Positions 22,294 through 35,300 of a stretch of 64,000 bases of DNA are shown in pieces. The notes under the pieces were generated by a model. That model was not told where the DNA came from and did no database searches. It was given only the letters and a program-made list of their open reading frames with translations. Every line of letters begins with the position of its first letter. Position 1 is the stretch's first letter. The position numbers were made by a program, and so were the translations under genes. The stretch is from Diplonema japonicum (lineage: Eukaryota > Protista > Euglenozoa: Diplonemea), in contig OZ025682.1 of assembly GCA_964019335.1 (NCBI GenBank), forward strand, positions 496,001 to 560,000, read 5' to 3'.

Positions 22294-25200
22294 ATGAGCG
22301 ACGGAGGGTACAGTGATACCTTTGAAAAGCCTGACGCAGCAGATGTGTATAGTGACACATGGGAGAAGGAGGAGGCGCGCAACGGAGATGGCGCACAAGG
22401 CCTCGGCGACATAGGCTCAGACGATTCTTACATGTATGCGACAGTGGGGTCACATGCTGAGAACGAGCCAAGCAAAGGGGAAAGCGAGCTGCACACAGTA
22501 GGAACATGCAGAGAATCCGGCGAACAAGAAGAAGAGGAACGGAAGGTAGATGAGGAACCAACTGAAGGCACGCAAAAAGAAACAAAACAACAGGATGAGA
22601 TTAATGGAACAGAAAGCAAACCAGAGATGCAACAGGACACCGGGGACGAAGAAAAACGAGAAGCACAGCAAGAAGTGCAAGAACAGGAAGCAGGTGAGGC
22701 GCAAAAAGAAAAACGAGAAAGTGAAGATATAGAACCCGAAGATGGGGCACGGGAGAAACCAGCCGAGATACCGGAACTACAACCTGCGGACAAGGAGGAC
22801 AAAGCACAGAAAGAGCCGCGGGAAGAAACGCCAGCAGGAGCAGAAAAGCCAGTGGGCTCACTACAAGAAAAGCCAGACGTACTAGATGAACCATCAGCAG
22901 AGGCACAAGAGGCAGAGAAGCCTGAAAAACAAACGGTAGAAACACCAGTGAGCAAGGAAGCCGAGCCTGAAGAATCATTGAAGGAGACAACTCAAGAGGC
23001 AGAGAAGCCTGAAGAAAAGCCTGATGAGAAGTTGGAGGAAACAGCTGAAGATTTTAAGGTTCACAGTGTTTACAGTGACAAGCCAGAGAACAAAGAGGAA
23101 TTACTTGCCCCCGAACGCGCGTCACCACTCCCGCCGTCTCCACAGCCACAGTACCAACCCCCGCTGTGGCCACCCAGCCCCGTCAAAGCCAATACCTCCA
23201 ACGCACCGACGAACTCCGGCGAGGGGTGGGGCAAGTTGGACATGACCATCAAATCCATGCGTGACATCGACATCCAGAAAGTCTACTTCGTTGTCACGTT
23301 CCGCGGGATACCTATCCAGAGCGGTGTCTTCGACACACGGAAGAAGATGTCCTCCTGCGAATTCAACTACACCAACGTGGAGAGCAAGAAGGACAAGGTC
23401 ACCATTGCCATGTATGTGCACGGGACCGATGCCCTGGTGGGAAGCGCTGTGGTGGAAGTGGGTGGCTCTAGCGACTGCCTGGACAGCAAATGGGTGCACA
23501 TGGGATACAGAGAGGCAAAACTCCTGGCCAATTGGTCGTATCTATGGATCCCTGCGTCGCTGTACTGTGTTGAGTTCAAGTTCAGATCTGCTAGGAATGC
23601 GATGGTCCCGAGCTTAGAGAGGAAGTGGAGGGCGTCTGACGATGGTAGGCGGGGGAACCCTGTGGTGCAGTTGTGTAGTGCGTCATCAGGAAGCCTGCAC
23701 AGCGTGCGCTGCAGCATGACGAGTAAAGAAATCATGGTGTGGGGCGGCAGCAAGGTCGACGTGGACACGACTATCGACTCGAAAGTGCATTTGTCAATTT
23801 GGGACGAAGAAACGTGGAACAAACCGTTGCAGCAGCTTGAGTGTGACAGCGGGGTGAGGTACGAGGGCTGCTACGGCGAGATCACATTAGACGTCAAGGA
23901 GATGAATAGACGGGAGGGCAACTGGATGTGGCTACCCTTGTCGAAGCCTTGCATTAGCACCTTGAGCACCACTGCCATCGAGGCTATGCACTTCTACACT
24001 CGCGTCAAGAACTCCTCGCGGCGCGTAGCTAACGTTTGGGTTGCTACGTTGAAAATTGATGAAAAACTACCTCCCACCGAAAAGCTGAAGCATATCCAAA
24101 AAGCCAAAGGCGCCACGGAAACTGCTCTGTCCGTTAGGAACACTTTCGAGCGTCTCTTCGACTCCACCGTAAAGGACATCTTGAGCTTCTCTCTCAATGC
24201 CACAATTCCCACCTGGCTCCTCTCCCTTCCTCTCTTCTACAAACCATCGACAGACACTTTGGCCACCAGGTCACTTTGTTCCCTTACCTCCCCTCGCACC
24301 CCTGACCACCTTGTTGTGCTAAAGCCGTCCTATTCCATTCTGAAGACCTTGCGTTCTGGTATCTATCAGATTCTCCAGACCAACAGGGAAGAGGGGGCCA
24401 CCGGCGGGACGAGGGACGTAGCCAAAAGCATCAGAGAAGTAATAAAGGGGAAGTTTGGGTCGTATGAGCAATACCCCCGGCTGCTGTGGCTTTATGATCC
24501 ACTGACATCGATCCTGCAGACAGCCCGAAGGGCCACTGAGGGACGGCAGGATATGGACGAAATAGTGCGGTTGCTGGACTTGCTTCTGACGGGGAAGTCA
24601 CCGCCTTGCTCCATTAAGATAAATGGTATGCCGGAGAAGGTGTGTGTAGGGGACGTAGTGGACCTCAGTGCAGTGGTGACTGATGGGTACGGGAGGAGCG
24701 TTGATACTACGTATGAGATCGTTTTGCACAGAGGTGAGAAGGGGAAAGAAGCAGTGTGCGAGGTGAATGAAGGCTTCCGCTTCACACAATGTGGCTACTT
24801 TTTCCTTGTGGCACGGGTCACTATGTGGACGGATGTGTGCTCTTTGGTGCACGATGAGCCTGTGTGGTGTTCTACCCCCGTCTTCAACGTCCTCCCCGAG
24901 ACCCTAGCCCCCGAGACTTTTACCATCACGCCATCATGCTTCGAGGTTTGCACAACTGTACCCCAGCCTACTATCCTGGCTGTGGGCTGTAGCGGCGAAG
25001 CAACCCCCGTGGCAGTGGCCAGCATCAAAGGCGAGGCATTTGCCGGTACTGAAGTGCGCAAGACCGGCACGCACACTTTATCGGTCGTCTCAAGGAAAAT
25101 GGGTGTCATCCCGTGGGAGGTGTTTGTCTACGGGAAGCCAGCAAGTATTGTGTTAGAAGTTTCGCATCTGTTCAAGGCTGTGTTTGTTGTGACTGCATGC

Positions 25201-28200
25201 ATCGTGGACGAGGAAGAGAACGTCTGTGCGAACTCTTATGAAGGGTGGTGGGTGAAGCTGCTGGGTGTCGAAGGGAAAGGTCTTATCAAGAACGGGAAGG
25301 CAGTCATCAACGTCACATGCCAGGAGCAAGCAGAGGTTTCTGCGGTACTGAGCAAATCCGAACCGCGCGTGCTGCCGACCGTCTTCTCGAAGAGCCAGCT
25401 CACAGCTTTTAAGATTGAGTCTGAGGTTAGCGATGGCATCCTCGATCTTCACCTGAAGAGTAGTGAGTATATCTCGCCCGTCGAAGAGATTGACGTAACG
25501 TTGCAAAACATGGGGACGATGAAGACGCTCCCCGTCGTGGCTCTGGGGCAGGACCCCATGAAGCCTCTGATGGCCCTTGGCGGCCTGGTAACGATCCTTC
25601 TGCCGTCGCTTGGGAGGTACTCTATCAACGTGTCCATCGGGAATGTGAGGAGCTCAACCACGGTAACGTGTACCTCAGTGGGGAGGGCAGCACTCATCCC
25701 TTCGACATCTGTAATTCTAGCAGACCCCGTGCTGGAGGCTGTATGCCTAAAGGCAACAACAAACGGAATCGGGACGGAGGAAACCCCCACAGCACATGCG
25801 ATCGCAGACATCGAGGTTCAGGCGGTTGACGCCAACGGGGTCCAAGTCACCAGTGACATCGAAGTGTCGGTGGAGGTAGACACAACCGCGACAAGAGGGC
25901 GTTACGGCACCAGCCCTGCCTTAGAGGGAACGACAACAGTGCAGCTGGTGAATGGTATTGCACAATTCAGCAACCTTATAGTGCGACATGCCGTGTGGCC
26001 TCTGTACCTCAAGGTGGCACCGATAGGAACGAACATGCTGCCCTGCTCCGTCAGCTTCGAATTGGAAAAAGCTCCTAAGCTTACTCTCTTTCTTCAGGTC
26101 GGCAACTGTGTTTCAGGTGAAGAAGCACAAGTAACCATCACCACACGCGGGAACATGTCGAACCTCAAAAAAACGGAGATGAAAGCGCCTTTCAAAGGCT
26201 ATCCTGAAGTCAAGCTTGATGGTCTGACGGTTGTCGATGGTGCCGGTGTGGTGCCTACAGGGGTGACCGTCACTACAGTGAAGGGGAAGGAAGTCGGTGA
26301 CTACTCTGTAAGATCTACCATATCGAGTGCTGCTGGGGCTGCTACAGAATACGAGATTGCATTCGAGACAGTTGCAGCGGATTCTGTACGCAGCTGGTTG
26401 GAGCTGCGTAACTACAATACTAACGAGACGGTAAAGGACAGGGCGGACGTCATGCTGAGCGAGACGAACATCAGCACTGCCAGCAGGACGCACTGCTCGC
26501 GTATTGCAGGGAACGGGGAACACCGAGAAGTGACCTTCAAGGGAAGGTATTTAATACGTGAAGCAGGTTGGATGTATTACTGTCTAGGTGCCCCTGGCTG
26601 CAATACAGTCGTGTCACCTCCGTTCTATGTCTCTTCAGGACCTGCGGTAGAGATTCGCGCCGAGCTGTGTTCTGATGACAAAATACTAAGCGGTGACGAG
26701 GTGAAGGTGAAGCTGATAGTGACCGACATGAGGGGGAACCACGTGCCTGGGGACCGCGATCTGCACACGACTGTCGTAACGATCGACTCAGAGGAGAAGA
26801 CCAAGAAACCTGTGGAAACTGTCCTGGTGCAAGGGATGGGGGAAGTTGTGATTGCTGCGCCTCTTCCAGGAACGTACACTATTGAGGCACGACATGCTGG
26901 GTACACAAGTGTGCCTTTGCCCATCACGATCCATTCCGCTCCTGCTGTTGCTCTTGTGTTCAGGGTACTCGATGGGACTGAGGAAGTGGGGAAGATCCCC
27001 GTGCTGGCCGCAATGTGCGACAAGTTCGGAGTCGAGGTCCCAGCGCAGCGCGACGAGCAGATTGTTGTCAACGGGCAGAAGGAAACCATTAAGAACGGCG
27101 AGAGCCACACAGTACTGCAGCTGGACCACGCCATCACCATGATAGAGGGACAGTCCGACACAGGGCTGGAGGGAACTCTCAGCAGAATCGGTGGTGTCGA
27201 AGAGCTCATTGCCCCCCCGAAGGACATCTTGAAGTTGGTACAGTTCAGAATGAACTGCATTGTCAGAGCAAGGTGCTTGGACTGCATCCTGAACGAAGTC
27301 ACGAAAGTCGTTAACTCGCTCTCAAGGCCGGGCTTCATCGACCCATACGCGAAGCCACCTATAGAGGCACCCCACTATTACTTGAAGAAGGCCAATAAGC
27401 TAGCTCAACTTAACTGGACAGGCATTATTCCCTCTCTGCCTTTGCACTTCCCTGCTGTCAAGGTGGCGTCTCCTGCCATTATGAACAACCCCGAGCCAGA
27501 TGTCAGTCTTTCTCTTCCGGTCTTCAAGCCGCGAGACATCTCATGGGCCTCTAGAGCAGAGGTTCTCATGAGTTGGACCGTTACTGCAGCAGACATCCCT
27601 GTTGCAAGCATGATGGAAGAGCAGGTGCAGAATAAGATACTCAAGGCGCAGCGCCTTTTTTATTGCAACGGCACGCAAAGATCACGGTCCCCCAGTCCAA
27701 CTGCGGTGAGCCCGGGGTCCACAGTGCTGAAAGTGTCGCCGCCCATAAAGAAGAAATTGCCATCAAGGAAGACATGGGCAGGTGACGTTCAGAGTTCGCT
27801 GAAAAAGAAGTTCCCACAGGCAGGGATCCTTGTGACGCTGCACGGGTTGGAAGACATGGTGCCCATCGTCAGACCTGACGAGACGCGTATCGTGTACTGC
27901 AAGGTAGCGATGGGAGGGGAGTGTTATGTCACGGAACCACTAGAAGGGGACGCTGTCCAAAACATCAACAAGTCGTTCTGCTTTGTGAAAAGGAAGTCTT
28001 CGCAAGTGTTGAAGGTGATGGTGTATGCGAAGAAGAAGATCACGAAACACGACCAGTTCCTTGGGGAAGCGTATGTGAACACCTGCACCACATTAGAGGA
28101 GGGCGAGGTGAGCCAAGGTCTGTACACGCTAGGGCTACGGGCGGCGGGAAGACAGGCAGCTTCGGATCTTGCGTTTTTGAGGTCTGCTGATAGACAGGAT

Positions 28201-28734
28201 TTCGGTGCGGTGCAAATCTCGTGGATGCCATTCTGGGCGAGTAAAAAGTTGGACAATTACATACCCTCCCAGAAGGGGGAGAACAGGAGACTGGGTACGT
28301 CCTCTGAACCGCACCCAAGGCTGCTCAACGCGGTGGACAGCGAAACTGCTCATATGAAGCTTGTTGTGAAGATACACGAGTTCCAGGAAGGCGACCAGAG
28401 GCCGCTTTCTTTCGGCGAGCTGAGTGACGAACTGAAGCTGATGCTCCACTCGCTGCTGAAGCAAATGAAGCTAGAAGTTGTCATCCACAAGGACAGCAGC
28501 AACTCCTACATAATGATGTCACGTAAGAGCTACTTCGAAAGGCACCACATCCCTAATCACGACCCTGTCTTCTGCTGCGTTATCTGCTCCCACATTTTTC
28601 TCAACAGCACTTTTCACTTCTGCGCTGCGAAAGCTGCCCGACAGCCTGCCACGGTCACACGAAGAATGTGGTGCCTCGAGGCAATCGAGTCTCTCAACAA
28701 GCCCCCTCATTTTATCGGCTTCTCCTGCCCATGA
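22294..28734 (+). CDS. Large (~2150 aa) protein: acidic N-terminus, C2-like and Ig-like beta-rich repeats, C-terminal C2 domain; 3' end may be spliced
   Basis: Long ORF. VQAVDANG...GTTTVQLVNGIAQFSNL is an Ig-like repeat and LKVMVYAKKKITKHDQFLGEAYVN is C2-like. Confidence 0.75.
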   Translation: MSDGGYSDTFEKPDAADVYSDTWEKEEARNGDGAQGLGDIGSDDSYMYATVGSHAENEPSKGESELHTVGTCRESGEQEEEERKVDEEPTEGTQKETKQQDEINGTESKPEMQQDTGDEEKREAQQEVQEQEAGEAQKEKRESEDIEPEDGAREKPAEIPELQPADKEDKAQKEPREETPAGAEKPVGSLQEKPDVLDEPSAEAQEAEKPEKQTVETPVSKEAEPEESLKETTQEAEKPEEKPDEKLEETAEDFKVHSVYSDKPENKEELLAPERASPLPPSPQPQYQPPLWPPSPVKANTSNAPTNSGEGWGKLDMTIKSMRDIDIQKVYFVVTFRGIPIQSGVFDTRKKMSSCEFNYTNVESKKDKVTIAMYVHGTDALVGSAVVEVGGSSDCLDSKWVHMGYREAKLLANWSYLWIPASLYCVEFKFRSARNAMVPSLERKWRASDDGRRGNPVVQLCSASSGSLHSVRCSMTSKEIMVWGGSKVDVDTTIDSKVHLSIWDEETWNKPLQQLECDSGVRYEGCYGEITLDVKEMNRREGNWMWLPLSKPCISTLSTTAIEAMHFYTRVKNSSRRVANVWVATLKIDEKLPPTEKLKHIQKAKGATETALSVRNTFERLFDSTVKDILSFSLNATIPTWLLSLPLFYKPSTDTLATRSLCSLTSPRTPDHLVVLKPSYSILKTLRSGIYQILQTNREEGATGGTRDVAKSIREVIKGKFGSYEQYPRLLWLYDPLTSILQTARRATEGRQDMDEIVRLLDLLLTGKSPPCSIKINGMPEKVCVGDVVDLSAVVTDGYGRSVDTTYEIVLHRGEKGKEAVCEVNEGFRFTQCGYFFLVARVTMWTDVCSLVHDEPVWCSTPVFNVLPETLAPETFTITPSCFEVCTTVPQPTILAVGCSGEATPVAVASIKGEAFAGTEVRKTGTHTLSVVSRKMGVIPWEVFVYGKPASIVLEVSHLFKAVFVVTACIVDEEENVCANSYEGWWVKLLGVEGKGLIKNGKAVINVTCQEQAEVSAVLSKSEPRVLPTVFSKSQLTAFKIESEVSDGILDLHLKSSEYISPVEEIDVTLQNMGTMKTLPVVALGQDPMKPLMALGGLVTILLPSLGRYSINVSIGNVRSSTTVTCTSVGRAALIPSTSVILADPVLEAVCLKATTNGIGTEETPTAHAIADIEVQAVDANGVQVTSDIEVSVEVDTTATRGRYGTSPALEGTTTVQLVNGIAQFSNLIVRHAVWPLYLKVAPIGTNMLPCSVSFELEKAPKLTLFLQVGNCVSGEEAQVTITTRGNMSNLKKTEMKAPFKGYPEVKLDGLTVVDGAGVVPTGVTVTTVKGKEVGDYSVRSTISSAAGAATEYEIAFETVAADSVRSWLELRNYNTNETVKDRADVMLSETNISTASRTHCSRIAGNGEHREVTFKGRYLIREAGWMYYCLGAPGCNTVVSPPFYVSSGPAVEIRAELCSDDKILSGDEVKVKLIVTDMRGNHVPGDRDLHTTVVTIDSEEKTKKPVETVLVQGMGEVVIAAPLPGTYTIEARHAGYTSVPLPITIHSAPAVALVFRVLDGTEEVGKIPVLAAMCDKFGVEVPAQRDEQIVVNGQKETIKNGESHTVLQLDHAITMIEGQSDTGLEGTLSRIGGVEELIAPPKDILKLVQFRMNCIVRARCLDCILNEVTKVVNSLSRPGFIDPYAKPPIEAPHYYLKKANKLAQLNWTGIIPSLPLHFPAVKVASPAIMNNPEPDVSLSLPVFKPRDISWASRAEVLMSWTVTAADIPVASMMEEQVQNKILKAQRLFYCNGTQRSRSPSPTAVSPGSTVLKVSPPIKKKLPSRKTWAGDVQSSLKKKFPQAGILVTLHGLEDMVPIVRPDETRIVYCKVAMGGECYVTEPLEGDAVQNINKSFCFVKRKSSQVLKVMVYAKKKITKHDQFLGEAYVNTCTTLEEGEVSQGLYTLGLRAAGRQAASDLAFLRSADRQDFGAVQISWMPFWASKKLDNYIPSQKGENRRLGTSSEPHPRLLNAVDSETAHMKLVVKIHEFQEGDQRPLSFGELSDELKLMLHSLLKQMKLEVVIHKDSSNSYIMMSRKSYFERHHIPNHDPVFCCVICSHIFLNSTFHFCAAKAARQPATVTRRMWCLEAIESLNKPPHFIGFSCP

Positions 28735-29354
28735 GCAACTATCTCCGAGGGCTCCTGCAAAGGAGCTTGTTTTTCTCCCCATTTTTTTTTTTGTTTCTGT
28801 GTACCCCCTTATGTCAAATTTCCCCTTTGTTACCTTTGCCGATGGGGTGAATGAGAGGAAGAAAAATGAAAAAAAAAAGAGAAAAAAAGTGTACATCCTC
28901 CAACCTGCTTATTGTCACCTCTTCTGGCCGACCTCAAAGAAGTCGCTGCAACCCCCACACACACACACCTTCTGCTTAACACTTTCTTCTTGTGGAGAAC
29001 CCGCCCCCCGAAGTAAAACCCTGGCTGATGCCATCAGCTGCACCTTTTTAAAAAAGAATGGCAAGGTCCTTTCACAACGTATCGTCCTAAGAAAAGACCA
29101 GGGGGTGACAATAAGTGGGTGGGTTCTCTTCTTGAAGACATTACTTTTTTATGTTTTTTCTTTCTTTTTCCGGCTTCTCTTTTGGTTCCAAAATTCGTTT
29201 TTTTGTTACCCATCTTGCTTCTTTTTTTTTTTGTTTCACCAGAAATGAAAGGTCCAACACAAAAAAAACAAGGAGAAGAAAAAGGGAGGAATACCCAGAA
29301 AAAGGGTGTTTCTTTGGGGGAAAGAAGAATGAAAGGGACTTCTCGGTCCAAAAA

Positions 29355-32300
29355 ATGGAAGACTATTTTCTGAATATCGTGAATCATGATGCGGCAGATG
29401 ACGAGGATGATGTGCTTCACATTGCTGGCAGAACGTTTCATGGAAAGAGTTTGAAGCTTTTCAAGACAACCCACAAGGTGAGGAAGATGGCCATCGACAT
29501 TGTGACGCACCAGTTATTCGACAACAGCATTCTGGGGCTTATTTTGTTGAACGCTGTCTTTATCGCGCTTGATGACCCGCAAGAGCCCTCTGACAGCAAT
29601 CTGAAGCAGGTCATCAATGCTGTGGACATGGTGTTCCTTATTTTGTTCTCTGCTGAGCTTGTCGTCAAAGTCGTTGCGATGGGCTTTGCCTTAGGGAAGC
29701 ACACGTACCTCCACGACCCTTGGAACGTGGTGGACTTCGTGATCGTGGTCGCAGGCATCGTCAGCACCATGTTTCACGGGATTGCCATATTCTCTATTGT
29801 GCGAATTGTACGTGTGTTTCGGCCCCTTCGTAGCATCAACAGGATCGCAGGTATGCGTCGCCTTGTGAACACCCTGTTTGCCTGCCTCCCTCTTATGCTT
29901 GACGTGGTCATGCTCTTCGGTCTCATCTTCTACCTCTTCAGTCTCGTTGGTGTCGTTATGTGGCACGAGTCCCTCCACCACCGATGCTGGCTCACTGACC
30001 CCTTGATGAGCGGTGGTTCCCGCGGTCCAGATCCTTCCGATCTTCAAACCATCGGCGAGAACGCCACTGGCCGCTGGGGACGCGTCTGCGGCAACACCAG
30101 CTTTATCGAGATTTTTCACGTTGACTGCCCTGCCAACACGCAGTGCCTCCCCAACGCCCCTGCTCCTTACGCTTACGCGAACTTCGACCACCTTGGAAAT
30201 GCTGCGCTTGTGATCTTCCAATCTGTCACGCTTGATGGGTGGATCACGCATTCTTACGCCATCGAGGATGGGTGGTCGCCACTGGCCTCCATCTTCTTTG
30301 TCATCCTCACGCTTTTCGGGGCATTTTTCGTTGCAAACCTTGTGCTTGCCGTAGTGACAGATGCCCTGTCAAAATACACAATGCCGTCTCTAACGGAGTC
30401 AGCGTTGGAGAAACACGTGGGTGCCGGCAGCAAGGAGAGCGACGACGCTAGCAACGAGGAAGAGGACGACGACTCTGTGCGGCTGCCTGTTGTGAAAGTG
30501 GACAAATACGGTGCGCGTGCTGCGAACATCACCGTTGTGAAGAACAACTGGCAGCACTTCGTGCATGACATCTCGCACCAGGCGGTAGAGGGGCTCAAGA
30601 ACATCGAGGAGAAGCGCGGGATGGGACGAAAGAGAGCCAGCACCTTCTGCAGGCGCTCTTCCACTGACGTGTCCCATCTGGTGCCCGACTCTCCCGTTGG
30701 GCTGCGACCAAGATCAAGCTCAGCGGTGGTGAAAGGAGATGGGAGATACGTACTCCAGAGACACCACTCTGTCACAGTGCTTCCCCCGTGTGATGAAAAC
30801 GAGCTGTTTCCTACCACGGAAGAGGGATGGATGGAGGCAAGGAACACAATGAACTCAAGGTACGCAGCCAGACAAGCAAGACACGCAACCGTCGCCTCTG
30901 TGCTAGCTATCATAGCGCAGCAACAAGTGGACAAAACCACGTTCACCAAACCAGTGCTGCCGTCTTTGATACCCAAAAGGAGAAGGGAGTCGGTTATGTC
31001 TGGTGGCATGTCATGCAGCAGTACCGTAGTCACGCAGACCACAGTGTCTGAGGACGATGGCGGTGTGGGGCACAAACTACGGACATTTTGCAGGTCGCGG
31101 TATTTCACGCACACCATCACGTGCATCATTATCATCAACGCGCTGGTGATGGCTGTCGAGCACTATGACATGCCGAATGGACTTGAGAAGGGTCTTGAGA
31201 CAGCGAACATGGTTATTACGTTTATCTTCTTGGCAGAGACGCTGTTGAAGATCGTGGCCTTTGGAAAGCAGTGGCCGCGTGACAAGTTCAATTTGTTCGA
31301 CGCGCTGGTCGTCATAATCAGTTTAGCAGAGTTGGCCTTCTTGGACTCGAATGCGGTGTCCTTGTTCAGAGTGTTCCGTATGTTCAGAGTGCTGAGATTT
31401 CTGAAGCTGGCGAGGAGTTGGAAGGTTCTGCAAAAGATCATCGACATGATCTCCACTTCGCTGTCGTACATGGGGTACCTCATCTTGCTGATCTTGTTGT
31501 TCATTTTCATTTTTGCGGTGCTGGGCAGGTCGCTCTTCTCAGGGCAGACAACTAACCTCGTGTGGTGCAAGTCCCACTCGAACGAGACGTCCTGCTTGAC
31601 AGATGCAACCTGCGAATGGCGCAGCATGGACAACATGACCGACCCTTCTTGCAGAAGCGGCTCTGGGTGGAATAAAGTTGATAATACCTACCGTGCCAAC
31701 TTCCATAACCTTGCGCAGGCCATGATTCACGTCTTCCAGATCTTGACAAAGGACAACTGGGCACTCCTGTGTTTCCGCCTCCAGAAGGAGATCAATCCTG
31801 CTGTCGTGCTATACTTCATCGTCATCCTGGTGATGGGCTCGTACCTGCTGTTCAGTATGTTCATTGCCATTCTTCTTGTGAAGCTGAGCGAGAACAGCGA
31901 AGCTGCGGAAAAACGTCGTGAGAAGCGACGCAAGAAGCGGCAGGGCATCGTGGACGACGACGCCTCGCCCTTGCTGAGCCAGGGCAGCCCGACCTTTACG
32001 CAGCCGCAGTCGCCTTCAGACGGGAACTCCCCCACTTTCCCAGTGTCGCCCATGGAGGAGCAAAAGATATCGAGGAGCGACGTGCTGCTGTACCAAATGG
32101 AGAAGCAGCGAGAGAGGAAGGAGCGTCTTGCAAAACGGAAGAAAATGAAGTACGGAGACCGAGCTCGCGAGAGGCGCGACAGCATGATGTCTGGTGCTGG
32201 GTCCGCATCCACGCCGGTGACAAGAACGCGTAGCAACACAACCTTCCGAGCGTTCAAGAAGAAGCTTGGAGACGGTGTCTCTGATGATGGAATGTCAAGC

Positions 32301-35300
32301 TGCAGTCACAGGACAAAGGACTCGAAGCTCGAAGCTGGGCTGAAATCTGCGATGAAGGGTACCAGGGCTGCGGGGGGCCAACAAGTAGCAGTGACGACAA
32401 GCAGGAAAGCAAAAGTGCAAGACGCAGTGGAGACAGTGGCGGCTGATGCTAACCTCGACGCCATTGACCTGCTCCTTCTGGAGGCAGGTGTGGACGAGTG
32501 TTTTGCAGAAGATGAGGAAGACTCGGAGGAAGAGTGGGAAGAGCTCGAAGGGAATTCATTTTTCATATTTGCCCCCACAAACCGCATCAGATTGTGGTTC
32601 ACGAACATCGTGTTAGGACGCTTCTTCGAGGTCACCATCAGCTACTTGATCATCGCGAACTGTGCTGTGATTGCCATCAACGACAACGCGTTGCAAAATG
32701 ATCCTGACGCTATCAACGTGGCCCGCATCATCGACTGGTGCTTCACAGCTGTCTTCTCTTTGGAGATATTCTGCAGGAGCCTTGTACACGGCGCAATCAT
32801 AGGCGAGCACTCGTACTTGCAAAGGCATCGGTGGAACAAAGTCGACTTTGCCATCGTTGCCGTGTCGCTGCTTGCGATTCCCATTGAAGCGCAGGCAAGG
32901 GCTACGAACGCTGCGCATCAAGTGCAGGTCAACACCATCACAAGACTCGCGAAGGCGTTCCGTGCCTTCAGACCACTGCGCATCCTAGTACGAACAAAGA
33001 GAATGAAGGTCGTGGTGGGCGCGTTTGTAAACACCATCCCTGCTGTCTTCAACGTCATGGCGGTGGCTTTTGTCTTGTACTTCATCTTCGGCATCGCTGG
33101 TGTGCAGATGATGCAGGGTGCTTTCCGTAGGTGCTCTGACGGGTCAGACAGATCGCGTGCAGAGTGCGTGGGGCAGTGGAATGCCACGTTGCTGGATCAG
33201 GTGTACATGAATGAGTCCGAATTACAGGATGGGTACAGAATGCTGAACAGGGAGTGGATCAATCCTGTGGGGACGAGCTTCGACGATCTCGGGAGCAGTT
33301 GGGTAACGCTTCTCCAGGTGGCCGCGCTGTCTGGGTGGATGGACATCATGTACGCTGCAGTCGACTCCAACTCGGTTATCAACGAACGGCCCGTCAGGGA
33401 TAACAGACCGGTGCTGGCCCTCTTCTTCGTTGCGTGGATCTTCGCAGGAGCTTTCTTCGTTATGAACATTTTCACTGGTGTTGTTGTTGATCACTTTTCA
33501 AGGCAAAAGCTGCAGCTGGACGGGTCCATCTGGCTGACCAATCAGCAAGAACAGTCTTTACGCGTAAAGAAGATCATCATGAACTCACACGCGAAGAAGA
33601 AGCGTGCTCTGTCTCACAGTTCCACCGCTTTAAACAAAGCGTGCTATGCTGTGGTTACGCATCCCTACTTCCCGCGATTTATTTTAGGCTGCGTTCTGGT
33701 AAACGTGCTGCTGATGGCGACCATCCACGATGGCATGGATGACACTTTCGAGAAGGTGCAGACATGGGGCAACACTGCCTTCACCATCATCTTCACGATT
33801 GAGATGCTTCTGGAGATGGGGGTTAACGGTCCGCGCTACTACCTGAACTTCAAATGGTTCCGCCTTGATTTCTTCATTGTCTGCGTCTCGTGGATCGAGC
33901 TCCTGATAGCGTTGCTATTCACGGGCGGCAATGCGGCGGCAACCATTCAGCTCCTCAGGCTTGGCAGGGCGTTCAGACTCCTGCGGCATTTCAAAGGCCT
34001 GCGGAAGTTGTTGATGACTCTGTACTACTCCATCCCTGCCTTTTACAACATCACGTCTTTGTTGCTGTTGATGTTCTTCATATTTTCTGTACTAGGCATG
34101 GCGCTCTTTGAAGACGTCCGTACGACGGACTCGGAAGAGCTGTACCCTGTGTTGTTGTCGGATAAAGCAAACTTTAGGAACTTCCCTCGTTCCATGCTTA
34201 CTCTGTACCGTGTGGCCACAATGGATAGCTGGGTGCGAGTGGTGGCAGGGTGCAAGGTTCAGGAGCCGTACTGCTCCAACAGCGAAGGCACCTGCGGCAG
34301 CGACCTAGCAGCATCTATCTTCTTCTCGACGTTTATGCTGTGTGTGGGATTCGTGATGATGAACCTGTTCATCGCTATCATTTTGGAAAACTTCCGCGAG
34401 TCCGTCCTGCTTCCCGAGGACCTCACCAAGAAGATGGAGCACGTGGTCATGTTCCGCGAGATGTGGGCAACGTACGACCCGCAGGGGATGCAGTTCATCC
34501 CTGCCAATAAATTTGTCCCGCTGTTGCACCAGCTGATGCCTCCTATTGGTTTAGTAGGTAGGTCGCAGTGCGACATTCTGCCCGCGGTGAAACAGCTGGA
34601 CTTCCCCATCACGTGGCCGGAGCAGGAGGTGCTGTTTGTGGATGCCATCGACGCTATCGGCGAGACAGTTTTCGATATCAAGCTAGTGGACTCCGTTGCC
34701 ACAAGGAAGTATTTGAAAACAACGAATAGAATGCAACTCTATCAGTTTGGGTGGACCATTGCGCACTGGTACGCGTGCTCCGTGATCCAAACAACGTGGA
34801 GGAGCTACAGGCTGGGTTTGCGCCTCACAGGAGCGCATGTGTTCGAGCCGCCTCCAGAGGACGAGCTGTACGCCACTGTAGCCGCTGCCGTGAGGAAAAG
34901 ACGACGTGACAACAGCAGGATAAGGCGCAAGACCCCTTACCCTGGCGAAGACGCTGTTGTCGCGAAGAACGAGCCTGTTGTGAAGGTGAAGCGTGACCAC
35001 GTGATGATCAGGAAGACGTCGGTCAACAGCACACCCGGGAGCTTCGTGTCGAGCTACCTCTCCGTGCACCCCGAGTGCAAGAAGCCAGTTTTTTCGACTC
35101 CTGACTTGACGAAGAGGTCCACACCTATTGATCGGAACCTACTGGCACCGGCACCACCCGACTCGCCAAAGCGGCTTTTGTCGACGGAGAACCTGAACCT
35201 GTCGCTGTACAACTTGCAAAAGCTACCGACGCTGCCTATGCTGGAGTCGCAGCAAAATATCCAGAACGCGACAAGGCTGTCGTTGACGACAACGGAGTCC

